Positions 21,109 through 30,753 of a stretch of DNA of 39,003 bases are shown piece by piece. Origin of the DNA: a virus (taxonomy: Duplodnaviria > Heunggongvirae > Uroviricota > Caudoviricetes); the IMG/VR virus record IMGVR_UViG_2563366825_000018; one strand, 5' to 3'. Each line of letters starts with the position of its first letter. Within the stretch, counting starts at the first letter, position 1. The position numbers and the translations under genes were made by a program. Under the pieces are notes generated by a model that did not search any database, was not told the DNA's origin, and saw nothing but the letters and a program-made list of their open reading frames with translations.

Positions 21109-21502
21109 AGCGGTGCCTTATGTCCGCAATAACCCGGACAAACTGCATCTGTTTGTGGATAACGGTTCGCTGGTTGCCACGGGGGCCAGCTCCATGTCGT
21201 GGGAGTACCGTTACACCCTGAACGCGGTGATTGAGGATTTCAGCGGCGACCAGAATCTGCTGATGGCCCCGGTTTTGCTGTGGCTGAGGGATAACCAGCC
21301 CGATGCCATCAATAACCCGGCGTTACGGGAAAAACTATTCACCTTTGAGGTGGATATTCTGCGCAACGATGTCTGTGATATCAGCCTGAACCTGCAACTG
21401 ACGGAGCGTGTGCTGGTCAGCACTGACGGCAGTGTGTCGAGCGTTGAAGCTATAGCGGAACCTGATGAACCTGAAGAAATGTGGACGGTGAAACGTGGCT
21501 GA
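21071..21502 (+). CDS. R: tail completion protein R
   Basis: GTG start with AGGAG RBS within track ORF 21050-21502; P2 R-like. Confidence 0.8.
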   Translation: MNKPQSLRHALNKAVPYVRNNPDKLHLFVDNGSLVATGASSMSWEYRYTLNAVIEDFSGDQNLLMAPVLLWLRDNQPDAINNPALREKLFTFEVDILRNDVCDISLNLQLTERVLVSTDGSVSSVEAIAEPDEPEEMWTVKRG

Positions 21503-21944
21503 ACTGCAGAAAGTGGACGACTGGCTGAGTGCCTTGCTGGCGAATCTGGAACCAGCCGCCAGAAGCCGCATGATGCGCCAACTGGCGCAGGAACTTCGCC
21601 GGACACAGCAGCAGAATATCAGGATGCAGCGCAACCCTGACAGCAGCAGCTATGAACCGCGACGGGTAACAGCACGCAGTAAAAAAGGCCGTATCAAACG
21701 TCAGATGTTTGCAAAGCTGCGCACCACAAAATACCTGAAAACTGCCGCCAGCACCGACTCTGCCAGCGTGCAGTTTGAAGGCAAGGTGCAGCGCATTGCC
21801 CGCGTTCACCATTACGGCCTGCGAGATCGCGTCAGTCGTAAGGGACCGGAGGTGCGTTATGCAGAGCGGCAGTTGTTAGGTTATAACGATAAAATTTTGT
21901 CATTATCGCAAGACGTATTATTACGTGCTTTGGTTGATAGCTAA
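21495..21944 (+). CDS. S: tail completion protein S
   Basis: 149 aa; P2 S-like. Confidence 0.85.
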   Translation: MAELQKVDDWLSALLANLEPAARSRMMRQLAQELRRTQQQNIRMQRNPDSSSYEPRRVTARSKKGRIKRQMFAKLRTTKYLKTAASTDSASVQFEGKVQRIARVHHYGLRDRVSRKGPEVRYAERQLLGYNDKILSLSQDVLLRALVDS

Positions 21945-21949
21945 GCTAA

Positions 21950-22876
21950 TCAAAACAATCTCAATAAATTATGATCAATCGTAAGCAAGTTGGAGATAAC
22001 AAGTTTGCTATTATCAATATTGAATTTTTCTAATATTGCTGCTACAGCACTGGGGTAAGGTTGTGAAGCATATGGAGAAATGTATATTTTTTCGATTAGC
22101 TTTACAGGATCTGTTTTTATTCTTATCCCCTTGGGAGTATAGTTTTCGATGTCGCTATTAATAATTTTTGGTGTTATGGATAAACGTACTTCATTTTCAT
22201 GTGAAAAAGCTTTTCGTTTTAAAAAAGGAACCATTCTTCCGTTCACGACGCAATCTTCAGATGTTAGTTTTTCATCGAAATAATCAATGTATTTTACTTC
22301 ACTAATAGAGATAATCTCTTCAGATTGAAGTGAATCTATCAAGCGTGATATTGATGTTTGAATTGCTATTCCTTTGTTAGCATCTGAATACAAACGCCAC
22401 ATTCCTTCTGACTCATGTTCATTTTGATGCCAACAATTCACTGTGACGGAGTTTAAAATCTTAAAATAGATAGATTCTATTTTTGGTAATTGTGTATCCA
22501 TCATTGTTTGCAACTTGGTGATTTCTGTTTCGGCTTTTTCATTAGAGATTCTGCCTAATAGTTCGTTTTCCCTGATACGCTCTACGGTATCATTGAAATA
22601 TGATTGTATATCATTAAATTTACTTTTGACGATGCTTGCCCATGCATTTAAGGCAACCTTAGGTAATAACCCCTCATATGGATCGCTATTGCTGTAAGAA
22701 CTAAGCGGAGAAAAATATAGCTCTTCTCTGGATAATATATCGATGAATTTATCAAGAGACATATAGCGCCACAGTTTTGTTTCAGGTTTTAAATTTGGAC
22801 TAATTTGGAATTTATTCATTGTTTTTTTATCAGCATTGTATAGTGAGTGATACAAACCGCAATATTTATACTTCAT
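21950..22876 (-). CDS. DUF2971-family protein, accessory gene inserted antisense between S and V
   Basis: LWRYMSLDKFIDILSREELYFSP, CWHQNEHESEGMWRLYSDANKGIAIQ and KRKAFSHENEVRL fit DUF2971 signatures; AT-rich; start at ATG 22876 with GGGGTG RBS (alternative ATG at 22819). Confidence 0.75.
   Translation of the reverse strand: MKYKYCGLYHSLYNADKKTMNKFQISPNLKPETKLWRYMSLDKFIDILSREELYFSPLSSYSNSDPYEGLLPKVALNAWASIVKSKFNDIQSYFNDTVERIRENELLGRISNEKAETEITKLQTMMDTQLPKIESIYFKILNSVTVNCWHQNEHESEGMWRLYSDANKGIAIQTSISRLIDSLQSEEIISISEVKYIDYFDEKLTSEDCVVNGRMVPFLKRKAFSHENEVRLSITPKIINSDIENYTPKGIRIKTDPVKLIEKIYISPYASQPYPSAVAAILEKFNIDNSKLVISNLLTIDHNLLRLF
22837..22854. promoter_or_regulatory. late promoter dyad TGT-N12-ACA upstream of V
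   Basis: TGTatagtgagtgatACA; overlaps the 5' end of the antisense DUF2971 ORF if that ORF starts at 22876. Confidence 0.5.
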
Positions 22877-22901
22877 AATCACCCCATGTCAATCTATAGG
22901 C

Positions 22902-23480
22902 ATGAACTCACAACTCACAGAAATCATGCGCCTTATCACCAATCTGATCCGCACTGGTGTAGTCACCGAAGTGGACCGGGAGAACTGGCTTTGCCGTGTG
23001 AAAACGGGCGAGCTTGAAACCAACTGGATCAGCTGGCTGACGCTGCGTGCCGGGCATGCCCGCACATGGTGGCGACCATCGGAAGGTGAGCAGGTGGTGC
23101 TGCTGAGTCTGGGCGGAAATCTGGAAACAGCCTTTGCGCTGCCCGCCATCTATTCGAATCAGTTCGCACCACCGTCGGCGTCGGCGGACGCCTGTGTGAC
23201 AGAACATCCTGATGGCGGCTGGTTTGAATACGAACCCGCCACCGGGCGCTGGTATGTCAGGGGCATCAAATCCATGGTCATTGAGGCCGACGACAATATC
23301 ACCCTGAAAACCAGTGAATTTGTGCTTGAGGCTGATCGCACACGTATTAACAGCGAAGTGGTGATCAATGGTGGCGTTACCCAGGGCGGCGGTGCGATGA
23401 GTTCTAACGGGATCGTGGTTGATGCGCATCAGCATACTGGCGTTCAGAAAGGTGGCGACACCACCGGAGGCCTGGTATGA
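22902..23480 (+). CDS. V: baseplate assembly/spike protein V
   Basis: 192 aa; P2 V-like. Confidence 0.9.
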   Translation: MNSQLTEIMRLITNLIRTGVVTEVDRENWLCRVKTGELETNWISWLTLRAGHARTWWRPSEGEQVVLLSLGGNLETAFALPAIYSNQFAPPSASADACVTEHPDGGWFEYEPATGRWYVRGIKSMVIEADDNITLKTSEFVLEADRTRINSEVVINGGVTQGGGAMSSNGIVVDAHQHTGVQKGGDTTGGLV

Positions 23481-23836
23481 CGCTTTATATCGGGATGAAC
23501 AATGCCAGCGGTAAAGCCATTACTGATATTGACCATCTGCGCCAGTCGGTGCGGGATATTCTGCTGACGCCGCAGGGTAGCCGCATTGCCCGTCGGGAAT
23601 ATGGTTCCCTGCTGTCGGCACTGATAGACCAGCCACAAAATCCGGCATTACGCCTGCAGGTCATGTCGGCAGTGTATGTGGCGCTGAGTCGCTGGGAGCC
23701 ACGGCTGACGCTGGATTCCATCACCATTAAAAGCAATTTTGACGGTTCAATGGTGGTGGGGCTGACCGGGCGGCGTAATAACGGTGTGCCTGTTTCCCTT
23801 TCCGTATCAACAGGAGCAGAGAATGGCAGTGATTGA
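23477..23836 (+). CDS. W: baseplate protein W (gp25-like)
   Basis: 119 aa; P2 W-like. Confidence 0.9.
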   Translation: MTLYIGMNNASGKAITDIDHLRQSVRDILLTPQGSRIARREYGSLLSALIDQPQNPALRLQVMSAVYVALSRWEPRLTLDSITIKSNFDGSMVVGLTGRRNNGVPVSLSVSTGAENGSD

Positions 23837-24731
23837 CCTTTCGCAGTTGCCTGCGCCGCAGATTGTCGATGTGCCGGACTTTGAGACGCTGCTTGCCGAA
23901 CGCAAGGCCGAATTTGTTGCGCTTCATCCGAAAGATGAGCAGGAAGCCGTGATCCGCACGCTGGAACTGGAATCTGAACCCGTCACCAAATTGCTGCAGG
24001 AGAACGCTTACCGTGAGTTGCTTCTGCGCCAGCGCATTAACGAAGCCGCGCAGGCTGTGATGGTGGCTTACGCGATGGGCGGCGATCTTGACCAGCTCGC
24101 TGCCAACTACAACGTGAAACGCCTGACGGTGACGCCTGCTGATAATGACGCTGTGCCACCCGTTGCGGCCGTGATGGAAAGCGATGAAGCGTTACGCCTG
24201 CGTGTGCCCGCAGCCTTTGAAGGGCTTTCTGTTGCGGGGCCAACTGCCGCTTATGAATTTCATGCCCGAAGCGCCGACGGTCGGGTGGCGGATGCCAGTG
24301 CAACCAGTCCGGCACCTGCAGAGGTGGTACTGACTGTCCTGAGTCGTGAAGGCGACGGAACAGCAGAAAAAGACTTGCTGGATGTGGTGGAGAAAGCCCT
24401 GAACAGTGAGAACGTCCGCCCGGTGGCTGACCGTCTGACGGTTCGCAGCGCAGAAATCATCCCGTACCGTGTGGAAGCTACCATTTTTCTTTATCCGGGA
24501 CCGGAAGCAGAGCCGGTAATGGCAGCGGCAAAAGTCAGCCTGCAGAGGTACATCGCCAGTCAGACGCGGCTCGGTCGGGATATTCGCCGTAGTGCTATTT
24601 TTGCCGCGCTGCATGTTGAGGGTGTTCAACGTGTGGAGCTGGCTTCTCCTCTGGCGGATGTGGTCCTGAACAAAACACAGGCCGCATCATGTACGCAGTG
24701 GAGCGTAACCAACGGAGGAACGGATGAATAG
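23823..24731 (+). CDS. J: baseplate assembly protein J
   Basis: Internal ATG of track ORF 23784-24731 with GGAGCAGAGA RBS region; overlaps W end. Confidence 0.88.
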   Translation: MAVIDLSQLPAPQIVDVPDFETLLAERKAEFVALHPKDEQEAVIRTLELESEPVTKLLQENAYRELLLRQRINEAAQAVMVAYAMGGDLDQLAANYNVKRLTVTPADNDAVPPVAAVMESDEALRLRVPAAFEGLSVAGPTAAYEFHARSADGRVADASATSPAPAEVVLTVLSREGDGTAEKDLLDVVEKALNSENVRPVADRLTVRSAEIIPYRVEATIFLYPGPEAEPVMAAAKVSLQRYIASQTRLGRDIRRSAIFAALHVEGVQRVELASPLADVVLNKTQAASCTQWSVTNGGTDE

Positions 24732-25329
24732 TCTGCTGCCACCGGGTTCAACTTCACTGGAGCGCCGGCTGGCGCAGACCTGTAGCGGGATTTCTGATCT
24801 GCAGGTGCCGCTGCGTGACTTGTGGAATCCGGCAACCTGTCCGGTCAGTTTCCTGCCTTATCTCGCCTGGGCGTTCTCTGTGGATCGCTGGGATGAGGGC
24901 TGGACAGAAAGCGTCAAGCGCCAGGTGGTGAAGGATGCTTTTTATATTCATCAGCATAAAGGGACCACCAGTGCCGTGCGGCGGGTGGTGGAGCCGTTCG
25001 GCTTTCTGATCCGCATTATTGAGTGGTGGCAGACCGGAGAGACACCGGGCACGTTTCGTCTGGATATCGGCGTGCAGGACCAGGGCATCACTGAAGATAC
25101 CTATCTGGAACTTGAGCGACTGATAAGCGATGCCAAACCATGTAGCCGTCACATGATCGGCATGTCCATCAACCTGCAGACCAGCGGCCCGCATTGGGTG
25201 GGAGTCGCCAGCTATCTTGGCGAAGAAATCACGATCTATCCGTATATCAACGAAACAATTATTTCTGGCGGCACCGCGCATGAAGGCGGGGCGGTCCATG
25301 TTATTGACACAATGAGAGTGAATCCATGA
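24724..25329 (+). CDS. I: baseplate protein I
   Basis: 201 aa at the P2 I position. Confidence 0.85.
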   Translation: MNSLLPPGSTSLERRLAQTCSGISDLQVPLRDLWNPATCPVSFLPYLAWAFSVDRWDEGWTESVKRQVVKDAFYIHQHKGTTSAVRRVVEPFGFLIRIIEWWQTGETPGTFRLDIGVQDQGITEDTYLELERLISDAKPCSRHMIGMSINLQTSGPHWVGVASYLGEEITIYPYINETIISGGTAHEGGAVHVIDTMRVNP

Positions 25330-26735
25330 GCACAAAATTTTATACCCTGCTGACGGATATTGGCGCGGCGAAACTTGCCAGCGCCGCCGCGCTCGGTGTG
25401 CCTTTAAAAATTACCCATATGGCGGTCGGCGATGGCGGCGGAACATTGCCAACGCCGGACGCAAAGCAGACAGCATTAGTAAATGAGAAACGCCGGGCTG
25501 CGCTGAATATGCTTTATATCGACCCGCAGAACAGCAGCCAGATTATTGCTGAACAGGTGATCCCTGAAAACGAGGGCGGTTGGTGGATACGTGAAGTGGG
25601 CCTGTTTGATGAGTCCGGGGCATTGATTGCCGTGGGCAACTGCCCGGAAAGCTATAAGCCGCAACTGGCTGAAGGCAGCGGGCGCACCCAGACCGTGCGC
25701 ATGGTGCTGATTACCAGCAGTACGGACAATATCACCCTGAAAATCGACCCTGCTGTAGTGCTGGCAACCCGTAAATACGTGGATGATGAAGTCCTGGAAT
25801 TAAAGCTGTATGTGGATGACCAGATGAGAAACCACATTGCCGCACAAGATCCTCATACCCAGTATGCGCAGAAACATAATCCGACATTTACCGGAGAACC
25901 AAAAGCGCCGACGCCTGCAGCAGGAAATAACACCACGCGGATTGCGACCACTGAGTTTGTTCAGGCCGCTATTACTGCTCTGATTAACGGTGCGCCAGCC
26001 ACGCTGGACACACTGAAAGAAATTGCCGCAGCCATTAACAATGACCCGAAATTCAGTACCACCATTAACAATGCGCTGGCACTAAAAGCGCCGCTGTCGA
26101 GTCCGGCACTCACCGGAACGCCAACAGCACCTACTGCGGCGCAGTCGGTCAACAATACACAGATTGCCACTACGGCTTTTGTGAAATCGGCGATTGCAGG
26201 AATGGTGGGTTCTGCACCTGCGGCACTGGATACACTGAACGAACTGGCGGCGGCACTGGGGAATGATCCGAACTTTGCCACGACAATGCTTAATGCGCTG
26301 GCAGGTAAACAACCGCTGGACAATACGCTTACCAATTTGAGCGGAAAGGATGTATCTGGTCTTCTCACATACCTTGGTTTGGGAGAAGCGGCGAAAAGGG
26401 ATGTGGGTACAGGAGAAAATCAGATACCGGATATGTCAGCCTGGAAAAGAAATCCGAGTTCTAATCGCTGGAGAAAATTGCCTGATGGAACCATCATTCA
26501 AATGGGAATATCAGCATCAGGACCATTAGGCTCACCTGTAAATATCACCCTGCCGATATCTTTCAGCAATACCAATTATTGTGTTGTTGCATCGTACGAT
26601 AATGCACGGTCAGGTGTGTCAACAATGGTTAGTTTTGCAGCATTGCCTGTTTCACCATCGCAATTTTCCCTGATGTCATCTGTGACTGAGCAAGGAATAA
26701 ATCCTTTTGCTTACTGGATTGCTTTTGGAGATTGA
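25326..26735 (+). CDS. H: tail fibre protein H; C-terminal part lies inside the invertible segment
   Basis: 469 aa; conserved N-terminus MSTKFYTLLTDIGAAKLA; two tandem ~55-aa fibre repeats; crossover site within the coding sequence. Confidence 0.9.
   Translation: MSTKFYTLLTDIGAAKLASAAALGVPLKITHMAVGDGGGTLPTPDAKQTALVNEKRRAALNMLYIDPQNSSQIIAEQVIPENEGGWWIREVGLFDESGALIAVGNCPESYKPQLAEGSGRTQTVRMVLITSSTDNITLKIDPAVVLATRKYVDDEVLELKLYVDDQMRNHIAAQDPHTQYAQKHNPTFTGEPKAPTPAAGNNTTRIATTEFVQAAITALINGAPATLDTLKEIAAAINNDPKFSTTINNALALKAPLSSPALTGTPTAPTAAQSVNNTQIATTAFVKSAIAGMVGSAPAALDTLNELAAALGNDPNFATTMLNALAGKQPLDNTLTNLSGKDVSGLLTYLGLGEAAKRDVGTGENQIPDMSAWKRNPSSNRWRKLPDGTIIQMGISASGPLGSPVNITLPISFSNTNYCVVASYDNARSGVSTMVSFAALPVSPSQFSLMSSVTEQGINPFAYWIAFGD
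26362..26387. repeat. left inversion crossover site (gix/pix-like) inside H
   Basis: ttctcacataccttggtttgggagaa; 14-bp exact inverted match (ttggtttgggagaa) with the site at 28212-28237. Confidence 0.7.
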
Positions 26736-26738
26736 TAA

Positions 26739-27158
26739 ATGGACAGATACTTCTATTCACAAAAAGAAAATGGTTTTTTTACCGATTTAAATAAAGCACC
26801 TTCAGATGCTGTTGAGATAACCACGGATGAATGGCTGTTACTACTGGATGGTCAGGATAATGGCATGAAAATAGTCAGCAATCAGGAGGGATATCCGGTT
26901 TTGACAGAGCAACCACCTTTATCAAAAGAAAACCTTATTGCATTGGTGGAGTTGAAAAAAAGAAAACTTATTAATGAAGCCAACGAGCACATGAACAGCA
27001 GACAATGGCCAGGTAAAGCGGCTATTGGTCGTCTGAAAGGTGAGGAACTGGCGCAATATAATTTATGGCTGGATTATCTGGACGCACTGGAACTGGTTGA
27101 TCCCTCCAGTGCTCCAGATATTGAATGGCCTACGCCTCCGGCAGTTCAGGCCAGATGA
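26739..27158 (+). CDS. G: tail fibre assembly protein (gpG/Tfa), cassette in expressed orientation
   Basis: 139 aa; C-terminal WPTPP motif. Confidence 0.88.
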   Translation: MDRYFYSQKENGFFTDLNKAPSDAVEITTDEWLLLLDGQDNGMKIVSNQEGYPVLTEQPPLSKENLIALVELKKRKLINEANEHMNSRQWPGKAAIGRLKGEELAQYNLWLDYLDALELVDPSSAPDIEWPTPPAVQAR

Positions 27159-27732
27159 CATCCGGTGCGGTGCTGGTATCTGTTGCCGTCACCGCGTCAA
27201 TGTAATCCAGCGCAGCGTTAAGTCGGGCGGTTTCTGCCTGCGTCAGATTTCGTCCGGCCTGTAATTTCAGTTGAATCAGACTGATAGAAGCCATTGCTGT
27301 ATCAATCAGCGACTGGCGCTGTGCTTCTGCTGCATCTACTACGGCGCTATGCTGTGCCTCGGTATCCGTCACCCATTTCTCACCATCCCATTTATCGTAT
27401 GGCGTTAACGGGGCGATAGTGGTTGTATTATCAGGGTAATCACCCGGTGCTGTGATTTCTTTTGATTCTCCTGTTTCGGTGCTAAAGACAATTTCACCGC
27501 GATGGTCTGGTACATATTCCCATGAGTTAAAATCTGCAGAGCGGCAGATTGCATAACCAGCTTTGTAGGTGCCTGGAGCATCTAAACAGGAATATGCCGG
27601 AATGCCGACACCAACAGCAAGATATTCAGTTGAAGCTGAAATATACTCCCGACTCATGACGTCAAAGTTATAAACAGTAATTTCTCCTGCCATAGTGGCA
27701 ATTAATTCACTGTTTAATTCTGCGTTATTCAT
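27130..27732 (-). CDS. alternative tail fibre assembly protein (silent orientation)
   Basis: 200 aa; C-terminus ...DTSTAPDVIWPELP matches Tfa end motif; convergent with G. Confidence 0.8.
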   Translation of the reverse strand: MNNAELNSELIATMAGEITVYNFDVMSREYISASTEYLAVGVGIPAYSCLDAPGTYKAGYAICRSADFNSWEYVPDHRGEIVFSTETGESKEITAPGDYPDNTTTIAPLTPYDKWDGEKWVTDTEAQHSAVVDAAEAQRQSLIDTAMASISLIQLKLQAGRNLTQAETARLNAALDYIDAVTATDTSTAPDVIWPELPEA

Positions 27733-28237
27733 TATGCAGCCCTCACAATATAGTTAAAAGCGACATTTCGTGGGCGTGTTTCATTCGCACCTGCAGGTTT
27801 AGTCGTTGCCGCAACAACACCACCCTCTGTAATAGCCGGGTTAGGAATTGGGTAATTATCGAAGTCAATGGCCGGAGACAGGGGCGTGATTTGTTTTAAA
27901 ATCGTGGTGCCTGTAAAACTTTCCAGAGTCTGGTCGTTAGTTCGTGAAGTCCAGATTCCCCAATAGTGGTTATGACTGACAATCGCACCGTCCTGAAGCG
28001 TTAATAATCCCCTTCCGTTATCCACTCCACGTCCGTCATCCCAGCCACGAATAAACTCACCGCGTAAATCAGGCAATTTATTTGTCGGGTAAGCCTTTGC
28101 CAGTTCCGGGTATTCTTCAGCAGAAAAAGCCGCACCATTGCATTTCAGCCAGCCTGTCGGCGGAGTGGCGGAAGGCCACGGAACAGGCACACCAACAGGT
28201 AATGCAGAGCCTTCTCCCAAACCAACGTTTAAGAAAA
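27732..28237 (-). CDS. alternative tail fibre C-terminal cassette (promoterless; fuses to H constant region after inversion)
   Basis: Track ORF 27732-28265; residues IFLNVGLGEG are encoded by the crossover site and match LTYLGLGE in H. Confidence 0.75.
28212..28237. repeat. right inversion crossover site (gix/pix-like)
   Basis: ttctcccaaaccaacgtttaagaaaa, about 55 nt upstream of the invertase start; inverted relative to 26362-26387. Confidence 0.7.
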
Positions 28238-28292
28238 TGCAGCGATTACGACTAACTGGCATCATCCCCGGTTTTTATTCAGGGGATTGATC

Positions 28293-28859
28293 ATGCTTAT
28301 TGGCTATGTACGCGTGTCAACAAATGACCAGAACACCGATTTGCAACGTAATGCACTGAACTGCGCGGGATGTGAGCGGATTTTTGAGGACAAAATCAGT
28401 GGCACTAAGTCCGACAGACCGGGGCTTAAAAAACTGCTCAGGACACTATCGGCAGGTGACACACTGGTTGTCTGGAAGCTGGACAGGTTGGGGCGCAGTA
28501 TGCGGCATCTCGTTACGCTGATAGAAGATCTGCGCCAGCGTGGCGTGAATTTCCGAAGCCTGACTGACAGTATTGATACCAGTACCCCAATGGGCCGTTT
28601 CTTTTTTCATGTCATGGGGGCCCTGGCTGAAATGGAACGCGAACTGATAGTTGAACGTACCAGGGCAGGGCTGGCTGCAGCTCGCGCCAAAGGCAGAGTA
28701 GGTGGACGCCGTCCTAAGTTGACTACCGAACAGTGGGCACAGATTGGACGTTTACTCGAGGCCGGAGAATCAAGACAGCGTATTGCACTGATTTTTGATG
28801 TGGGCGTTTCTACCATTTATAGAAAATTTCCGGCGAATGAGAACAATGAATCGCCCTGA
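28293..28859 (+). CDS. pin: serine DNA invertase (Pin/Gin/Hin/Cin family)
   Basis: MLIGYVRVSTNDQNTDLQRNAL...DTLVVWKLDRLGRSM...PMGRFFFHVMGALAEMERELI is near-identical to my recollection of e14 Pin; catalytic Ser in YVRVST. Confidence 0.93.
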   Translation: MLIGYVRVSTNDQNTDLQRNALNCAGCERIFEDKISGTKSDRPGLKKLLRTLSAGDTLVVWKLDRLGRSMRHLVTLIEDLRQRGVNFRSLTDSIDTSTPMGRFFFHVMGALAEMERELIVERTRAGLAAARAKGRVGGRRPKLTTEQWAQIGRLLEAGESRQRIALIFDVGVSTIYRKFPANENNESP

Positions 28860-28907
28860 GTCAGCATTATTTTGATTTTTCCTGTAAGCGGACAAATACC
28901 GTTATTT

Positions 28908-28925
28908 TGTGTGAATAACGACACA
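28908..28925. promoter_or_regulatory. late promoter dyad TGT-N12-ACA upstream of FI
   Basis: TGTgtgaataacgacACA, about 77 nt upstream of the FI ATG. Confidence 0.6.
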
Positions 28926-29001
28926 ACTGCGCTTAGCTGTTTGTCAGGCACAATCACTTCAACATAGGGCGAAGCCTAATCCAATCAGGAGGTTCGCCAC
29001 T

Positions 29002-30174
29002 ATGGCTCAGGATTACCACCACGGAGTGCGCGTTGTTGAAGTCAACGAAGGCACCCGATCCATTACCACGGTGAGCACCGCCATCGTGGGTATGGTCTGC
29101 ACGGGCGATGATGCCGATGCAAAAATGTTTCCTCTTAATAAACCCGTGCTGATCACTGATGTGCTGACTGCCAGCGGTAAAGCGGGTGAGTCCGGTACGC
29201 TGGCCCGTTCGCTGGACGCCATCGCTGACCAGGCAAAACCCGTGACCGTTGTTGTGCGTGTGCCGCAGGGTGAAACGGAAGAAGAAACCACGACCAATAT
29301 CATCGGAGCAGTGACCGCTGAAGGTAAAAAAACAGGCATGAAAGCCCTGTTATCTGCCCAGTCACAGCTCGGCGTTAAACCGCGCATTCTCGGCGTGCCA
29401 GGTCACGATAACAAAGCCGTTGCTACTGAGTTGCTGAGTGTGGCGCAAAGCCTGCGTGGGTTTGCTTACCTGTCAGCGTATGGCTGCAAGACGGTGCAGG
29501 AGGCGATCACTTACCGTGAAAACTTCAGCCAGCGCGAAGGAATGCTGATCTGGCCCGACTTTACTGGCTGGGACACGGTGCTGAATGCCGAAGCAACGGC
29601 ATATGCCACCGCCCGTGCGCTTGGTCTGCGCGCAAAAATTGACGAGCAGACCGGATGGCACAAAAGCCTGTCCAATGTGGGCGTTAACGGTGTCACCGGA
29701 ATTTCTGCTGATGTGTTCTGGGATCTGCAGGACACGGCAACCGATGCTGGACTGCTGAACCAGAACGACGTCACCACCCTTATCCGCAAAGACGGTTTCC
29801 GCTTCTGGGGTTCCCGCTGCCTGAGTGATGACCCGCTCTTTGCCTTCGAAAACTACACCCGCACGGCGCAGGTGCTGATGGACACGATGGCAGAAGCACA
29901 CATGTGGGCGGTGGATAAACCGCTTAACCCGTCGCTGGCCCGGGACATTATCGAAGGTATCCGCGCCAAAATGCGCAGCCTGGTCAGTCAGGGCTATCTC
30001 ATTGGTGGCGATTGCTGGCTGGATGAGTCGGTGAACGACAAAGACACTCTGAAAGCCGGAAAACTCACCATCGATTACGACTACACGCCAGTGCCACCAC
30101 TTGAAAACCTGATGCTGCGTCAGCGCATCACCGATCAGTACCTGGTGAATTTCGCCAGCCAGGTCAGCGCGTAA
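29002..30174 (+). CDS. FI: tail sheath protein FI
   Basis: 390 aa; P2 FI-like. Confidence 0.92.
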   Translation: MAQDYHHGVRVVEVNEGTRSITTVSTAIVGMVCTGDDADAKMFPLNKPVLITDVLTASGKAGESGTLARSLDAIADQAKPVTVVVRVPQGETEEETTTNIIGAVTAEGKKTGMKALLSAQSQLGVKPRILGVPGHDNKAVATELLSVAQSLRGFAYLSAYGCKTVQEAITYRENFSQREGMLIWPDFTGWDTVLNAEATAYATARALGLRAKIDEQTGWHKSLSNVGVNGVTGISADVFWDLQDTATDAGLLNQNDVTTLIRKDGFRFWGSRCLSDDPLFAFENYTRTAQVLMDTMAEAHMWAVDKPLNPSLARDIIEGIRAKMRSLVSQGYLIGGDCWLDESVNDKDTLKAGKLTIDYDYTPVPPLENLMLRQRITDQYLVNFASQVSA

Positions 30175-30183
30175 GGGGACAAC

Positions 30184-30699
30184 ATGGCTTTACCACGTAA
30201 ATTAAAACACCTGAACCTGTTTAACGACGGGAATAACTGGCAGGGGATCGTTGAGTCGCTGACGCTGCCGAAATTCACCCGCAAATATGAGAAGTATCGC
30301 GGCGGCGGAATGCCGGGTGCAGTGGATGTGGATCTGGGGCTTGATGACAGTGCGCTGGACACAGAATTTTCCATTGGTGGTACTGAACTGCTGCTGTTTA
30401 AACAGATGGGCAAAGCCACGGTGGATGGCATCCAGTTGCGCTTTACCGGCTCTATCCAGCGTGATGATACCGGGGAAGTGCAGGCCGTGGAGCTTGTGGT
30501 GCGTGGACGTCACAAAGAAGTGGATTCCGGCGAGTGGAAGACGGGCGAAAGCAACACCACCAAAGTGACCAGTACCAACAGCTACGCGAAGCTGACTATC
30601 AATGGTGAGGTGCTCTATGAAGTGGACCTTATCAACATGGTGGAAATTGTGGACGGTGTGGACTTGATGGAAGCGCACCGCAACGCCCTCGGCCTCTGA
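30184..30699 (+). CDS. FII: tail tube protein FII
   Basis: 171 aa; P2 FII-like. Confidence 0.92.
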   Translation: MALPRKLKHLNLFNDGNNWQGIVESLTLPKFTRKYEKYRGGGMPGAVDVDLGLDDSALDTEFSIGGTELLLFKQMGKATVDGIQLRFTGSIQRDDTGEVQAVELVVRGRHKEVDSGEWKTGESNTTKVTSTNSYAKLTINGEVLYEVDLINMVEIVDGVDLMEAHRNALGL

Positions 30700-30753
30700 T
30701 GTATCTGAACGGCGCGGAATGCCGCGCCAGAACCCAATTTACAGGACAGCAAA

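Larger units (their letters stand above)
26362..28237. mobile_element. invertible tail-fibre host-range segment (Mu G / P1 C / e14 P type)
   Basis: Flanked by inverted gix-like sites; contains mirrored fibre C-terminus plus assembly-chaperone cassettes on opposite strands; invertase gene follows. Confidence 0.8.

Noticed and set aside
22880-22900. TTGACA hexamer (minus-strand sense) just upstream of the DUF2971 ORF start
   Set aside because: Too close to the start codon (about 15 nt) to serve as a -35 for this gene; likely coincidental.
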